A stretch of 26,943 nucleotides of DNA from the IMG/VR virus record IMGVR_UViG_3300021978_000005, positions 1 through 26,943 of that record. One strand, 5' to 3'. The translations under genes were made by a program, and so were the position numbers. Under the pieces are notes generated by a model. That model was given only the letters and a program-made list of their open reading frames with translations, ran no database searches and was not told where the DNA came from. This DNA comes from a virus. Its lineage: Duplodnaviria > Caudoviricetes. How positions within the stretch are numbered: the first letter of the stretch is position 1; the number at the start of each line of letters is the position of its first letter. Of this stretch, positions 1 through 9,481 are shown in pieces.

Positions 1-712
1 AACTCTTGATAACTTTATCATCGCCTGCTTGTACATTTGAGCGTTGGTTGTTGTTACCTACGAAACCTAGAGCTTTGTTCATTTGGAAAGCTGAAAGGTA
101 AACAGAGTCAGGACGACCACCATTTTCCCAAATAGACTGCATCGCTAAATCGAAGTCTGCTTGAGTAAATACGGTTTGAGTACCGTCTGTTCTAGCTGTT
201 GTACCGTCACCTGCAGCGTTTGCACCGCCTGTACCTTGGTTAGTGATATTAGATGTCATCCAAACAGGTGCGCCTGCACACTCACGAGCTACAGTAGAAG
301 AACCTGAAACACGAGCATTGTTATCTAATAACGCCTTCTCAATGTCTAGCTTCTGCTCTTTAGCAATCTTAAGCGTTTGGTAAGCCATTTCAGCAGAACG
401 ACCTGCTTTGTCTAAACCCTCATCTGTATCAGGAACAGTTACTGCGTTCTTGAAGATTTGAGTGTAGTTGCCCAAACGTGAAGTGCCTGTTACTGCGTTT
501 GCAGTAGTGTCGTCACCTTCAATGTGCTTGTTGTCTGCTGAAGCGCGTAGTGAGTCAGTCTGCCACTCATGTAAAGTGTTAGAGGCTGATGTTTTCTTTA
601 ATGATGAATAAAATGGTGTCTCTTCAGGGGAAATGTTGTAGATTACGTTTTCCAAGTCCTCGCGGATACCATTTGCGTCATAGCTATCAAATGTATTTGA
701 TGGTTGTGCCAT
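1..712 (-). CDS. Major capsid protein (SU10/DUF5309-like), runs off window start
   Basis: Not in the ORF track; translated by hand from ATG at 712 with RBS AAGGAG: MAQPSNTFDSYDANGIREDLENVIYNISPEETPF...HEWQTDSL...RLGNYTQIFKNAVTV...EQKLDIEKALL. These motifs are typical of this capsid family; lies directly after the scaffold gene. Confidence 0.92.
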   Translation of the reverse strand, partial: MAQPSNTFDSYDANGIREDLENVIYNISPEETPFYSSLKKTSASNTLHEWQTDSLRASADNKHIEGDDTTANAVTGTSRLGNYTQIFKNAVTVPDTDEGLDKAGRSAEMAYQTLKIAKEQKLDIEKALLDNNARVSGSSTVARECAGAPVWMTSNITNQGTGGANAAGDGTTARTDGTQTVFTQADFDLAMQSIWENGGRPDSVYLSAFQMNKALGFVGNNNQRSNVQAGDDKVIKS

Positions 713-729
713 GTTGAATACTCCTTATA

Positions 730-1752
730 TTAGGTATTTAAAATTAAACCAAGCGCGTCATTAATGCTGCCTGATTTCTGTAGTTTTGCCTGTTGGCGTT
801 TACGAACTTTAGTTTTTGAATCTGCAACCTTCTTAGCACCCGCTTTCATTACAGGGTTTCCTCTATTGGTCTTATTGACCGCCTTAGCTTTGCCTGACAT
901 GATTTCACGGTATTTCACAGCATCGTTTAGAACTTGAATAGCTCTATGGTCCATCACTTGCCCGATTTCCTCAGGTGTGTAGCCATAAGCCTCGTGTCCT
1001 ACCCTTACTAGTCTTTCCTTAATCTTACCGGCTTTTTTAGGGTCGGCAAACTCAGGAATCTTCTGTTGTAAAACTTGCATTTCTTGTCTTAGATAGTGCT
1101 TTTTAGCTTGTACACCTGCTGCATCGTTTTGCTGTGAAACAGCCTGTAACTGAGCCATCTGACCATCATAAAACTCCTTATTCTCGTCAAAGGCGAGTTT
1201 TTCTTCCATGTACCCAATAGGGTCACTTTCAAATAACTCTCTTGACGGTGGAACAGGTGCTTGTGCAATGTCTCCCTGTTGAAGCTCTTGATAAAGTTGA
1301 GCCATCTTCTGTCGTTCGTTATTTAAAGACGCATAAACATCTTCAGCTTCTTTACGCTGTTGAGCTGCTTCCTGCATCTTCTTTTGGACGTATTGTTGTC
1401 CGCTATAGCCTTGCTTTAGGTCATCTAAGGTTACTTGCACTTCCTGTCCATCAATCTTAACAGAATAGCTTTCAAGCTCTGTATGACCGGCATCCTCTAC
1501 TTGGTCGTTATCTTCGTCCAACTCTGACGCTTCATAAGTAATCTCTTCGTCAGAATCTTCGTCAGAATCTAAAGCTTCTACTTCTTCGGACTCAGCAGGT
1601 TCTTCTACAGCAGTATCTTCTACTTCTGCGGTTTCCTCTGTTGCCTGAGCTACTTCCTCAGTTGCTTCTACTTTTTCTTCTTCAATCGGAGCAATAATGC
1701 TCTCTACGGCAGCTTCAATACTGCCATCATTTGTAGTTTCAGTCGCTTCCAC
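730..1752 (-). CDS. Capsid scaffolding protein
   Basis: Acidic N-terminus, YSVKIDGQEVQVTLDDLKQGYS motif, coiled coil, basic C-terminus; between portal and capsid; GTG start with AAGGAGG RBS. Confidence 0.85.
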   Translation of the reverse strand: MEATETTNDGSIEAAVESIIAPIEEEKVEATEEVAQATEETAEVEDTAVEEPAESEEVEALDSDEDSDEEITYEASELDEDNDQVEDAGHTELESYSVKIDGQEVQVTLDDLKQGYSGQQYVQKKMQEAAQQRKEAEDVYASLNNERQKMAQLYQELQQGDIAQAPVPPSRELFESDPIGYMEEKLAFDENKEFYDGQMAQLQAVSQQNDAAGVQAKKHYLRQEMQVLQQKIPEFADPKKAGKIKERLVRVGHEAYGYTPEEIGQVMDHRAIQVLNDAVKYREIMSGKAKAVNKTNRGNPVMKAGAKKVADSKTKVRKRQQAKLQKSGSINDALGLILNT

Positions 1753-1766
1753 GGTGCTGACCCTCC

Positions 1767-2000
1767 TTATTTATTACGTTTACGTTTACTAATTTTATCG
1801 TCAGCTATTACGCTTTCCATATAACTACTAATCGCGTCAATCGCACGAACTATGTCATGCGCCCCATCACGTTCATCCGTTGTCGAATGAGCGTTCATGA
1901 AAACAGCAACTTGCCGCTCCACAACTTCAGAAATGACTTCCATAAAGGTATCATCATTCATCAATGTCTTTATCTTAGCAGATTTCTCGGCTACATTCAT
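1767..2000 (-). CDS. Small head-associated protein (77 aa)
   Basis: Coupled to the portal stop codon; small gene in the usual portal-scaffold position. Confidence 0.7.
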   Translation of the reverse strand: MNVAEKSAKIKTLMNDDTFMEVISEVVERQVAVFMNAHSTTDERDGAHDIVRAIDAISSYMESVIADDKISKRKRNK

Positions 2001-4105
2001 TAAAACCTTCCGCCTGTAACTGCATTAACAGGGGGTTGTTGAGGGTATCTAGCAGCGTTTTGTGCTGCCTTAATTCTCTCAATATCTACCCTTGTTCCTT
2101 GGTCTCCCATAATCTTAGCCGTATTAACGAATAAGTCTTGGTCCATCTGGTCTCGTTTTCTGTCATCTTCAGCGATTGCTTTCATTGCATCAATCTTCAG
2201 TTTAAGCTTATCTGTCTCAATCTTAGCGTTAGCTCTAATCTGCTCGGCTTCAACTTGTCCCTTAGCGATTTCTTGCTCAGGAGTTAGTTGCTGCGATTGT
2301 TGAGCTTGCTGCTGCTGTTGTTGGATTATCATTTGCTCTTGTTCAGGTGACATAGGGCTAAAGTATCTGTCTACGTTTCTAACGCCTGATAAAACTAACA
2401 TATCTGATAATGTATTTCTAATACCAGTCATTGTAACTAAGCCATTACTAGGTCCATAAGACTGCCATATATTCATCTGCATCTGCAGAGCCTGGCTAAG
2501 GGCTGCTTGTTTCTGTTCTTCTTGACCTGTTCCTAAACCCACATTAACGGTAACATCCATAGAAGAGTTCCATGAACGAGGGTCAATAGGAATATATCGT
2601 CCGTTTAGACGCATCAGAGTCTCTTCTGGGCTGTTTTCTACTAGAAGCTTCAGAATTAGCTTAAATAGACGCTTCATGCCTCCCTCGGCTAAATTTCGAG
2701 CTATTACTTCAATTTGACCTGCGCCTTGTTGAGCTGTTAGTTGTGCTGCTGTAGCTGTAGTATTTTGTAGTGCTGAAGGGTCTAAACCCATAGAAGCCTT
2801 GGTAACACCTGTTTTAACTTGGATTTCTTCATCCAGATACTGCATAGCGCCTAGTGTTTGACCTGCCACAAATGGAATTGCATTAACCTGAATAGCACCT
2901 TGCACCTTGACTCGTCTGATTGAGCCAATCTCATTATTCATAATATCGTCCATATTAACTTGTCCTTCGACAACATCAATAGAAGGATTATTAGTTAATG
3001 CTACGTTATCCATCATGCCTCTTAACATGGCAGTAGATGAATCTTGGTCATTCATAATTAGGTCAGCAATAGAGCGTCCGAAGAATGTATGTGGTTCAGG
3101 GTCAATCTCAAAGATTGCAAAAGGAACGTCTCCCCACGGTTCAAAGTCTAAAATCTCTTGGTTTCCACCGCCTAATACAAATCGGTGCATAGTCGGCTGT
3201 CCAGTGCCATAGACATCCATCTTCATATAAGCTTCTGTAACTTCTACAAGTTTCATAGAGGGGTCATCAGAAAGGTCTTCGTCATCGTGCGCGTAACCGC
3301 TTCTTTCAAAATCTTCAGCATCTGAGAAGGTGTCATCTGTAGAGTTGCCTGATAATTCAGAAACCACATCGAAGTCATAACCCATAGCCACTAAATCACC
3401 AACACGCATTTCCGTCTTGTGGGCGACAACATAAGCGTCATCTACACTTTTAGCGTTTCTGTCTACAAAGAACTCTTCAGGTGGAACACTCTCAATACAT
3501 AACTTGCCTGTGTCAGTAGTTCGACTTATTTTAAGCTCATATTTAGGCGTATCTACCTGCATGCCATACGCATCCATTTCCATTTCCATCTCTGAGGTCT
3601 GCTCAATAACAGTAACATCCTCCTCATTAACTAACATGGTCATCTCTTCCTCTGTTAGGTTAGAGTAGGTGTGTATTGTTGCTTCTGAGTAGTCTTCCCA
3701 ATATGTCTTAATAACGCCTGTTTTCTTCACTAAAGCGTCATGAATAGCATCATTAAGTAACGTATAACCGTTTAACTCGTTAAATCTATAATGTGCATAT
3801 TTAGTGGCTTGGTCTGCTGCAGCTACGTCTTTTTGACTTGTTGGTACATATTCAACAGGGTTGTCTGAGGATAAGAAAACTCTCATTAAACTAGGTTTAA
3901 TAGCACGTACAGTATCACGCACCTTTGTTGCTACAATCTTAGAACGGCCTTCTTCTTCACCAATATCTACTTCACCATCAAAATATCTCTGAGCTCTAAT
4001 ACGACCCTCTGTAATCTCACTTTCTACAAAATCAATAGCGTTACTGACAGCATCACTAACAATGCCTTGCATGTCATCTTCGCTCATTTGTTTCAATTCT
4101 TCCAT
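2000..4105 (-). CDS. Portal protein (P22/SU10-like)
   Basis: 701 aa; GRSKIVATKVRDTV, DALVKKTG, VPPEEF, PHTFFGRSIAD, TATA and IARNLAE motifs; Q-rich helical C-terminus. Confidence 0.92.
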   Translation of the reverse strand: MEELKQMSEDDMQGIVSDAVSNAIDFVESEITEGRIRAQRYFDGEVDIGEEEGRSKIVATKVRDTVRAIKPSLMRVFLSSDNPVEYVPTSQKDVAAADQATKYAHYRFNELNGYTLLNDAIHDALVKKTGVIKTYWEDYSEATIHTYSNLTEEEMTMLVNEEDVTVIEQTSEMEMEMDAYGMQVDTPKYELKISRTTDTGKLCIESVPPEEFFVDRNAKSVDDAYVVAHKTEMRVGDLVAMGYDFDVVSELSGNSTDDTFSDAEDFERSGYAHDDEDLSDDPSMKLVEVTEAYMKMDVYGTGQPTMHRFVLGGGNQEILDFEPWGDVPFAIFEIDPEPHTFFGRSIADLIMNDQDSSTAMLRGMMDNVALTNNPSIDVVEGQVNMDDIMNNEIGSIRRVKVQGAIQVNAIPFVAGQTLGAMQYLDEEIQVKTGVTKASMGLDPSALQNTTATAAQLTAQQGAGQIEVIARNLAEGGMKRLFKLILKLLVENSPEETLMRLNGRYIPIDPRSWNSSMDVTVNVGLGTGQEEQKQAALSQALQMQMNIWQSYGPSNGLVTMTGIRNTLSDMLVLSGVRNVDRYFSPMSPEQEQMIIQQQQQQAQQSQQLTPEQEIAKGQVEAEQIRANAKIETDKLKLKIDAMKAIAEDDRKRDQMDQDLFVNTAKIMGDQGTRVDIERIKAAQNAARYPQQPPVNAVTGGRF

Positions 4106-5745
4106 TATTGACCGCCTTGCGATTGTTGTGTCTGGTAACTATAGTTTAACAGACCCTGTATGCCTTGGTTTGTAACTGGGATAGTATCTCTAGCCTGTTG
4201 TGCTACTCGTCCCATTCTTCCTAAAGTGTTAGCTCCCATGCCTACCACTCTAGGTGATTGTGCTGCTGCGCCTGCTACTGCTGCTACAGGTCCACCTGCC
4301 ATATATCCTGCTGCTGCTGTAGGTAGTTGGAATCCTTTTGCTATACCTCTAGGGGTAATCTCTCTTAAGGCTTGTCCTGCTAATGCAGGTCTAAAGTCCT
4401 TTCCTACTTCTGCTAACTCGTCACCTAGTTTAGCTCTCTGTCCATAGTTAGTATTCACATTATCTCTCATAAGAGATTGTAATTTACGCATAGAAGTATC
4501 AGTCATAGCCTTCTTACCGAGACTTAGTGTTCCTGTAATCTCATGTATCATCTCAGAGGCTTCTGTATATTCTCTCATTGCTCTAGCATAATTAGGTGAT
4601 TGTTTAGAAATCGTGTCTTTGATAGTGTGATAAATCTTCTTACCTGCTGCTTGAGCGGTTCTCTGCTCAGGACCGATATTTTCTATATGAGACCAAATCT
4701 TCTGTTTAAGTTGGTCTAAACCTTCAGGGGTGTGGAAGTTCTTAGCGTCTAGCTTTTTCCATGCGTTAATTTCCCCTCTAAGACTATTAATCAATTCTGC
4801 TGTTTCTTTATTAATAACCTGTCCTTTGTAAGAGCCAAGTTTCTCAACACTGTTTAGGGCGTTGTCAATATCATCAAAGTTTAGTTGCTTCTTATCCTTG
4901 CCCCATAACTTCTTGTTAGATTGATATGCAGCCTGTTTGTTACGGTGCAATATCTCAAGGTTAGTCTTAGCAATATTAAGCGCATCTTCCATAGGAACAG
5001 CACCCTTTATATTGTCCATGAATTGCTTTTGAATCTGTCCGCCTGTCTTTCCTGCTTTAAATGCTTGCTCTAGTGGCGCTACACCTACACCTGTAGTTCC
5101 ACCTAATATGTTTTTAGCTAACTTACCACCGCCTTTAACTACCGCACCTGTACCTTTAGCAGCTAATACTAATGGGTCTACAGCAAATCCTGCGCTCTTA
5201 ATCTTTCCACCTAACTCAGCAACTTTAGCTACGTTTGCAACCTCACCTGCTTTAGCAACAGCCATACCACCACCTGTAATTATAGTAGCTAAATCCGCTA
5301 ATACTGAGGCAGGGTCTGTAGCAATAGCTTCTTTAATATTCGCTTCAGAACCGTATTTATTCGTATAAAACTCACCTACTTTAGAAGCCATCTCTGCGTT
5401 ACCACTTTCATCGCCTAGACCAATCAGCATCCCCTTCTCATTAATAAAGTTGGAAATGTCCTCGCCTAGTAGATTCTGTAATCCACCTGACATTAGCTTA
5501 ATAATTGTCTTACCTGTTTCGATAGGGCTTGTTACAGCGTCATATACATGTCCTGCAAGTTTGGCAGTTGAGCTAGGCAATGAGGCTGCGCCCTCTAGTA
5601 GAGTTCCACCCCAACTTCTTTCTTCTTGCTTGGTGTCGCTATAGGTCTCACTTCTAATCATATCGGCTAATGCATTAGCGTCTTCAGTATTACCTGCAGC
5701 GTCTGCCTGTTCTAAAGCTCCGATTAATTCCTGTCTAGTAGCCAT
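4105..5745 (-). CDS. Putative internal virion/DNA ejection protein
   Basis: 546 aa, Gly/Ala-rich helical, N-terminal ADAAGNTEDANALA motif, hydrophobic Gly-rich C-terminal stretch; follows the tail genes. Confidence 0.65.
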   Translation of the reverse strand: MATRQELIGALEQADAAGNTEDANALADMIRSETYSDTKQEERSWGGTLLEGAASLPSSTAKLAGHVYDAVTSPIETGKTIIKLMSGGLQNLLGEDISNFINEKGMLIGLGDESGNAEMASKVGEFYTNKYGSEANIKEAIATDPASVLADLATIITGGGMAVAKAGEVANVAKVAELGGKIKSAGFAVDPLVLAAKGTGAVVKGGGKLAKNILGGTTGVGVAPLEQAFKAGKTGGQIQKQFMDNIKGAVPMEDALNIAKTNLEILHRNKQAAYQSNKKLWGKDKKQLNFDDIDNALNSVEKLGSYKGQVINKETAELINSLRGEINAWKKLDAKNFHTPEGLDQLKQKIWSHIENIGPEQRTAQAAGKKIYHTIKDTISKQSPNYARAMREYTEASEMIHEITGTLSLGKKAMTDTSMRKLQSLMRDNVNTNYGQRAKLGDELAEVGKDFRPALAGQALREITPRGIAKGFQLPTAAAGYMAGGPVAAVAGAAAQSPRVVGMGANTLGRMGRVAQQARDTIPVTNQGIQGLLNYSYQTQQSQGGQ

Positions 5746-5754
5746 ATTTATTCC

Positions 5755-7050
5755 TTATCTCAGGTTGTATCTTTTCAAAAGTTCGTCTTGTGACTTTGTA
5801 AGGGAAGCCGGGGCAACAATATCTAACGCTTTATGAAAGTCGGCAACATTTGGTATTGCTCCTGCATACCCCGCCAATGTTCCATTTTTCCTAGCGTAAT
5901 CCGCCATGTCAGTCTTTTGTTGCGCTGCAATCTGAATTTGCTGAATTAATACCTTTAATCTCTTGGCATTTTCAGCCCCTGAAAGAGTAGGATTAAAAGC
6001 CCTTTTAATGAGTTTTTCACCCTCTTTTTCGGTAAATTGAGCGCCTAATACAGCTTTTAAGTTTCTCTGTACTACTCCTTCTACTGCTTCTCTTGAAGCG
6101 ACAGCTTCAGGATTAAGGAAGGCCATGGCAAAGTCAGGCATTTGTCCTATAATGGGACCTGTCAGCTTATCCCCAGATTCTAGGGCACTCAGAACATCTT
6201 GTATTTTAGCAAGGTTTCCTACAGTATCTGCTGCACCACCACCTGTCCATTTAAGATAATCATCTGCATAGGCTTTGTCTACAGCTTTATTAAACTCGGT
6301 ATCCTGACCTCCCACATTAACTGTGGTTCCACCACCTCCAATCGCACCGCTTTCTTTCAATGCAGCGAATCTTTCAGGGTCTGATTCAAATAATTCTATG
6401 TTTTTATCTCTAGCTGAAACCTTTTCTTTCTTAAATGCCAGCTTAATAGCATCGCCAGGGTCCATTACCCCTTCTGATACTGCAGTGGCTAAATCTGTTC
6501 TTCCGAGTTTAAGCAAAGAAGCCACCGCTTGAGTGGCTTTCGCTTTAGAGGCTTTGCTCTTTTGAAGACCGTCAATACTCTTCTGTAGAGAGGCAGCTAA
6601 GGCTGCATCAGGGTTAAGTCTTAATGAGTTAAGGCCAATTCCTAACCTAGCCATGTTCTCCTTGTCTCCTAACCAATCTCCTATATCGCTAAATATACTG
6701 CTTTCTTTACCGCCCCTTTTAGCTTCTGGTATGTCCTTTCTTATATTGTCGCTAGGGGTTCCAGTAATAAGCTCACTAATATTTTTTGAGTGGCCACTTT
6801 TAATATAATTTTTTAGCATTTGAGCAGAAATTACTGGCTGTCTTGCTGGGAGCATATCAAAGATTTCTTGAGTTTCAGGGTGCTGTTCTTTAGCGACCTG
6901 ACCTATGCCACGTTGACGGTCTAACGCCATCCCTGCGTCTTGGTACTCTTGGGAGCCAACAACGAACTGTTCTGCAATAGGGTCAGTACTCCCAAATATA
7001 CTCATATTGTCTGTCCCGCCAAAATAATCTAATACACCGTTGTGATTCAT
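5755..7050 (-). CDS. Putative internal virion/ejection protein
   Basis: 431 aa; GGGGTTVNVG linker and LGAQFTEKEG motif; position in the ejection cluster. Confidence 0.6.
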   Translation of the reverse strand: MNHNGVLDYFGGTDNMSIFGSTDPIAEQFVVGSQEYQDAGMALDRQRGIGQVAKEQHPETQEIFDMLPARQPVISAQMLKNYIKSGHSKNISELITGTPSDNIRKDIPEAKRGGKESSIFSDIGDWLGDKENMARLGIGLNSLRLNPDAALAASLQKSIDGLQKSKASKAKATQAVASLLKLGRTDLATAVSEGVMDPGDAIKLAFKKEKVSARDKNIELFESDPERFAALKESGAIGGGGTTVNVGGQDTEFNKAVDKAYADDYLKWTGGGAADTVGNLAKIQDVLSALESGDKLTGPIIGQMPDFAMAFLNPEAVASREAVEGVVQRNLKAVLGAQFTEKEGEKLIKRAFNPTLSGAENAKRLKVLIQQIQIAAQQKTDMADYARKNGTLAGYAGAIPNVADFHKALDIVAPASLTKSQDELLKRYNLR

Positions 7051-7073
7051 AATTTTCTCCTATTTTGGGACTT

Positions 7074-8540
7074 CTATCTTAGTTCAGAATATTTAACAGC
7101 ATAGTACCCGTTATCCATCTTCTCAACCGCATCAGGGAATCTCTTTTTAACTTCCTGAGCAATTACACCTATTGTGTGATTCATGTTTGCGCCAAACTTC
7201 TCAGCGCCTTCTTTCCAATCCCACTTGTAAATGTTAAGCCCTGACTTTAACTCACCCATCTTCTTGATGTTTGTTTTAAGTCTTTCATCGGAGGCCAGAA
7301 ATCCAGCTCCAACAGCTAATAAGTCAATTAACCCAGGGTCGTTAGAAGTTGTTGTTTGTTGAGGAACTGGTGCTGCACCTAGTGCTGCCATTCCATAACC
7401 AAGACCAGTTGCAGGGTGTGCTTGTTGTGCTGCACCCATGCCTGCTGCTGCGTCAATCAATGCCTGGTCCATGACCTGCTGGCTTTGACCATCTGCAGCT
7501 AGATTACCTGTAATAGTTTGACCCATTCCAAATCCTAAGTTAGAAACATTAGCTAATTGTGCTGCTGAGTTTAGATTGTGTTGTGCACCCTGTAGTCCTG
7601 TTCCGACATTAAACTGGTCTGCATTTAGTGTGTTACTAATATCTTGGTTAGCTGCTAATTGAGCGTTCTGATAACCCTGGTGTCTTAAAGTTCCAGTAGT
7701 ATCTGCTACGCTTTGCAACATGTTTCTACCTAGCTCACCTTCTGCAATACCGTGCCTAGAACCACCGAACGCTCCGGCTGCGCCAGCAGAAGCTCCGAGC
7801 TGGTTCTGCATATTAGCGCCTTGACGGTTAATATCTGCAATAGACTGGTCAATAACATTCTGCTGGTAAGGATTCATGTAAGCAGACATATCTGTACCTG
7901 CTAACTGTCCTGCTTGAACCTGGCCTGGCTGGTACGTAGTTCCTGCTAGGGAAGCTTGTCCTGCTTCTGTAATTCCTTGGGCTGCCTGCACATTAATATT
8001 AGGCGCTGGTCCCGTTCCTAAAGGTGTTGAACCAGGTGGGGTTAGTGTTGGAGGTGTTGGAGCAGATTGAACTTGTGGCAATGCTTGTCCGGGCTGAGTC
8101 GGTTGATACTGTCCTGCTGTTGCATTTGCAGGATTATAGTTTGGGGTTATTCCTGCAGGTCTTCCTTCAGGCGTATTTGGATTCATTCCTCTTACGGGTT
8201 GTCCGAGCTGTCCGGGCTGTTGTCTAGGTGTAGGAGTGTCCCACTGTTGTCCTTGCTGTTGCTGTTGCATTAGTTGTGCAGCAATGTCGGTTGGTGGCAT
8301 AGCAGGACCAGCATAACTACGTGGGTTAGGGTCTTGAGCCATAGCTCCAGGGCCTCTTCTTTCTGGAGTTTTTTCCCAGGCCCCTATATCGCCACCTACG
8401 TATCCTCGACCTACGGGTCCTTGAGTCTGTGCCGGAGGCATAGGCATGTTATTACCAGGCTGAGGCATTACACCAAATCTAGCTGGTCCGTTATATTGAG
8501 GTTGTGTTGTTGTTCCACCTGGTCCTGCTGCTTGTGCCAT
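7074..8540 (-). CDS. Q/G/P-rich virion protein with C-terminal peptidase S74-like chaperone domain
   Basis: YMNPYQQNVID and AGAFGGSRHG motifs; C-terminal SDERLKTNIK...IYKWDW...GVIAQEV...PDAV...GYYAVKY. Confidence 0.8.
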   Translation of the reverse strand: MAQAAGPGGTTTQPQYNGPARFGVMPQPGNNMPMPPAQTQGPVGRGYVGGDIGAWEKTPERRGPGAMAQDPNPRSYAGPAMPPTDIAAQLMQQQQQGQQWDTPTPRQQPGQLGQPVRGMNPNTPEGRPAGITPNYNPANATAGQYQPTQPGQALPQVQSAPTPPTLTPPGSTPLGTGPAPNINVQAAQGITEAGQASLAGTTYQPGQVQAGQLAGTDMSAYMNPYQQNVIDQSIADINRQGANMQNQLGASAGAAGAFGGSRHGIAEGELGRNMLQSVADTTGTLRHQGYQNAQLAANQDISNTLNADQFNVGTGLQGAQHNLNSAAQLANVSNLGFGMGQTITGNLAADGQSQQVMDQALIDAAAGMGAAQQAHPATGLGYGMAALGAAPVPQQTTTSNDPGLIDLLAVGAGFLASDERLKTNIKKMGELKSGLNIYKWDWKEGAEKFGANMNHTIGVIAQEVKKRFPDAVEKMDNGYYAVKYSELR

Positions 8541-8542
8541 AA

Positions 8543-8908
8543 TTAATTCCCGTATAAACTGTCGTAAATAGCCATAGCATCTGGCTGTGCTGCTCTGGTT
8601 TCTGCAAGCGCTTGCTCGTACAGACCAATGCCTGAATAACCTCTAGTACCATCAGCATAAGTAGTCGGTTCTGGCATACCTTGAGCTGCTGTCATACCAG
8701 GAGCTTGTAAACCAAAGGCTTCTGCTGCACCGATATTCTGCTGCATTGCTGCTAGTTGTGTATCGTTATAAGCAGCGACATGAGGACCACGCCAAGGCAT
8801 GTATTCCATACTCTGCATATCTTCTGCTCTTTCTATTTGTCTGATTGCTGGGTCTTTAATCCAGTCTGGTATTTCTGATAATTGTGTCGTACTTCCGCCC
8901 CAACTCAT
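8543..8908 (-). CDS. Putative virion protein (121 aa)
   Basis: GGSTTQ..EIPDW..YMPWRGPHVAA; tightly packed between neighbours. Confidence 0.65.
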   Translation of the reverse strand: MSWGGSTTQLSEIPDWIKDPAIRQIERAEDMQSMEYMPWRGPHVAAYNDTQLAAMQQNIGAAEAFGLQAPGMTAAQGMPEPTTYADGTRGYSGIGLYEQALAETRAAQPDAMAIYDSLYGN

Positions 8909-8909
8909 A

Positions 8910-9275
8910 TTAAAACTCCTTCTCTAAAAATATATATTTCTCTGTCCAGCCATCGTTTTTAAATACTTGCTTCCAACCTTTACGACCACTTAGCGTCATT
9001 GAACCACATCCCTCGGCTTTACCCCATTTTACAAGACATTTCTCTATATCTATAATTTCTTCAAGATTACCACCAGCTAAAAAAACATGTAGAACTTTCT
9101 TGTTAGGATACACTACTATCTCTGTCACTAGACAGGCTTTTTTTGCTGGCCAAAATTGCATGTGGCCACTCTTTACGCCCTTTACTATGTCTTCATATTC
9201 ATGCGTATTTCCACCCTTGTCTAAAGGGTCATCTATCCACTTCTTACAGCGTAGCATTTCTTCATCTAGTGTCAT
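8910..9275 (-). CDS. GNAT-fold-like virion assembly protein
   Basis: Likely start MTLDEE at 9275 (ATGA overlap); LVTEIVVYP..KVLHVFLAGG..GC..GRKGW pattern; position after the nozzle gene. Confidence 0.6.
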   Translation of the reverse strand: MTLDEEMLRCKKWIDDPLDKGGNTHEYEDIVKGVKSGHMQFWPAKKACLVTEIVVYPNKKVLHVFLAGGNLEEIIDIEKCLVKWGKAEGCGSMTLSGRKGWKQVFKNDGWTEKYIFLEKEF

Positions 9276-9481
9276 GGGTCTAATTTTACCTTTACCCACG
9301 CCCCGTTCTTAGAAACTACTATTGTTTGATTTGTTCTGTCCCACATCAATACACCATCTTCTGCAGCAGACTCACCTGAAGTCATGTGTTTAAGTTTATT
9401 AGTGTTTGTTGCTATATACGAAACAAGACGCTCGCCCCATGCCTTCCAATCTGTTCCTAAAGGAGAGGGGACCTTAATCAT
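9272..9481 (-). CDS. Small tail-associated protein (69 aa)
   Basis: ATGA overlaps on both sides; DGVLMWDRT...VSKNGAW beta motif. Confidence 0.65.
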   Translation of the reverse strand: MIKVPSPLGTDWKAWGERLVSYIATNTNKLKHMTSGESAAEDGVLMWDRTNQTIVVSKNGAWVKVKLDP

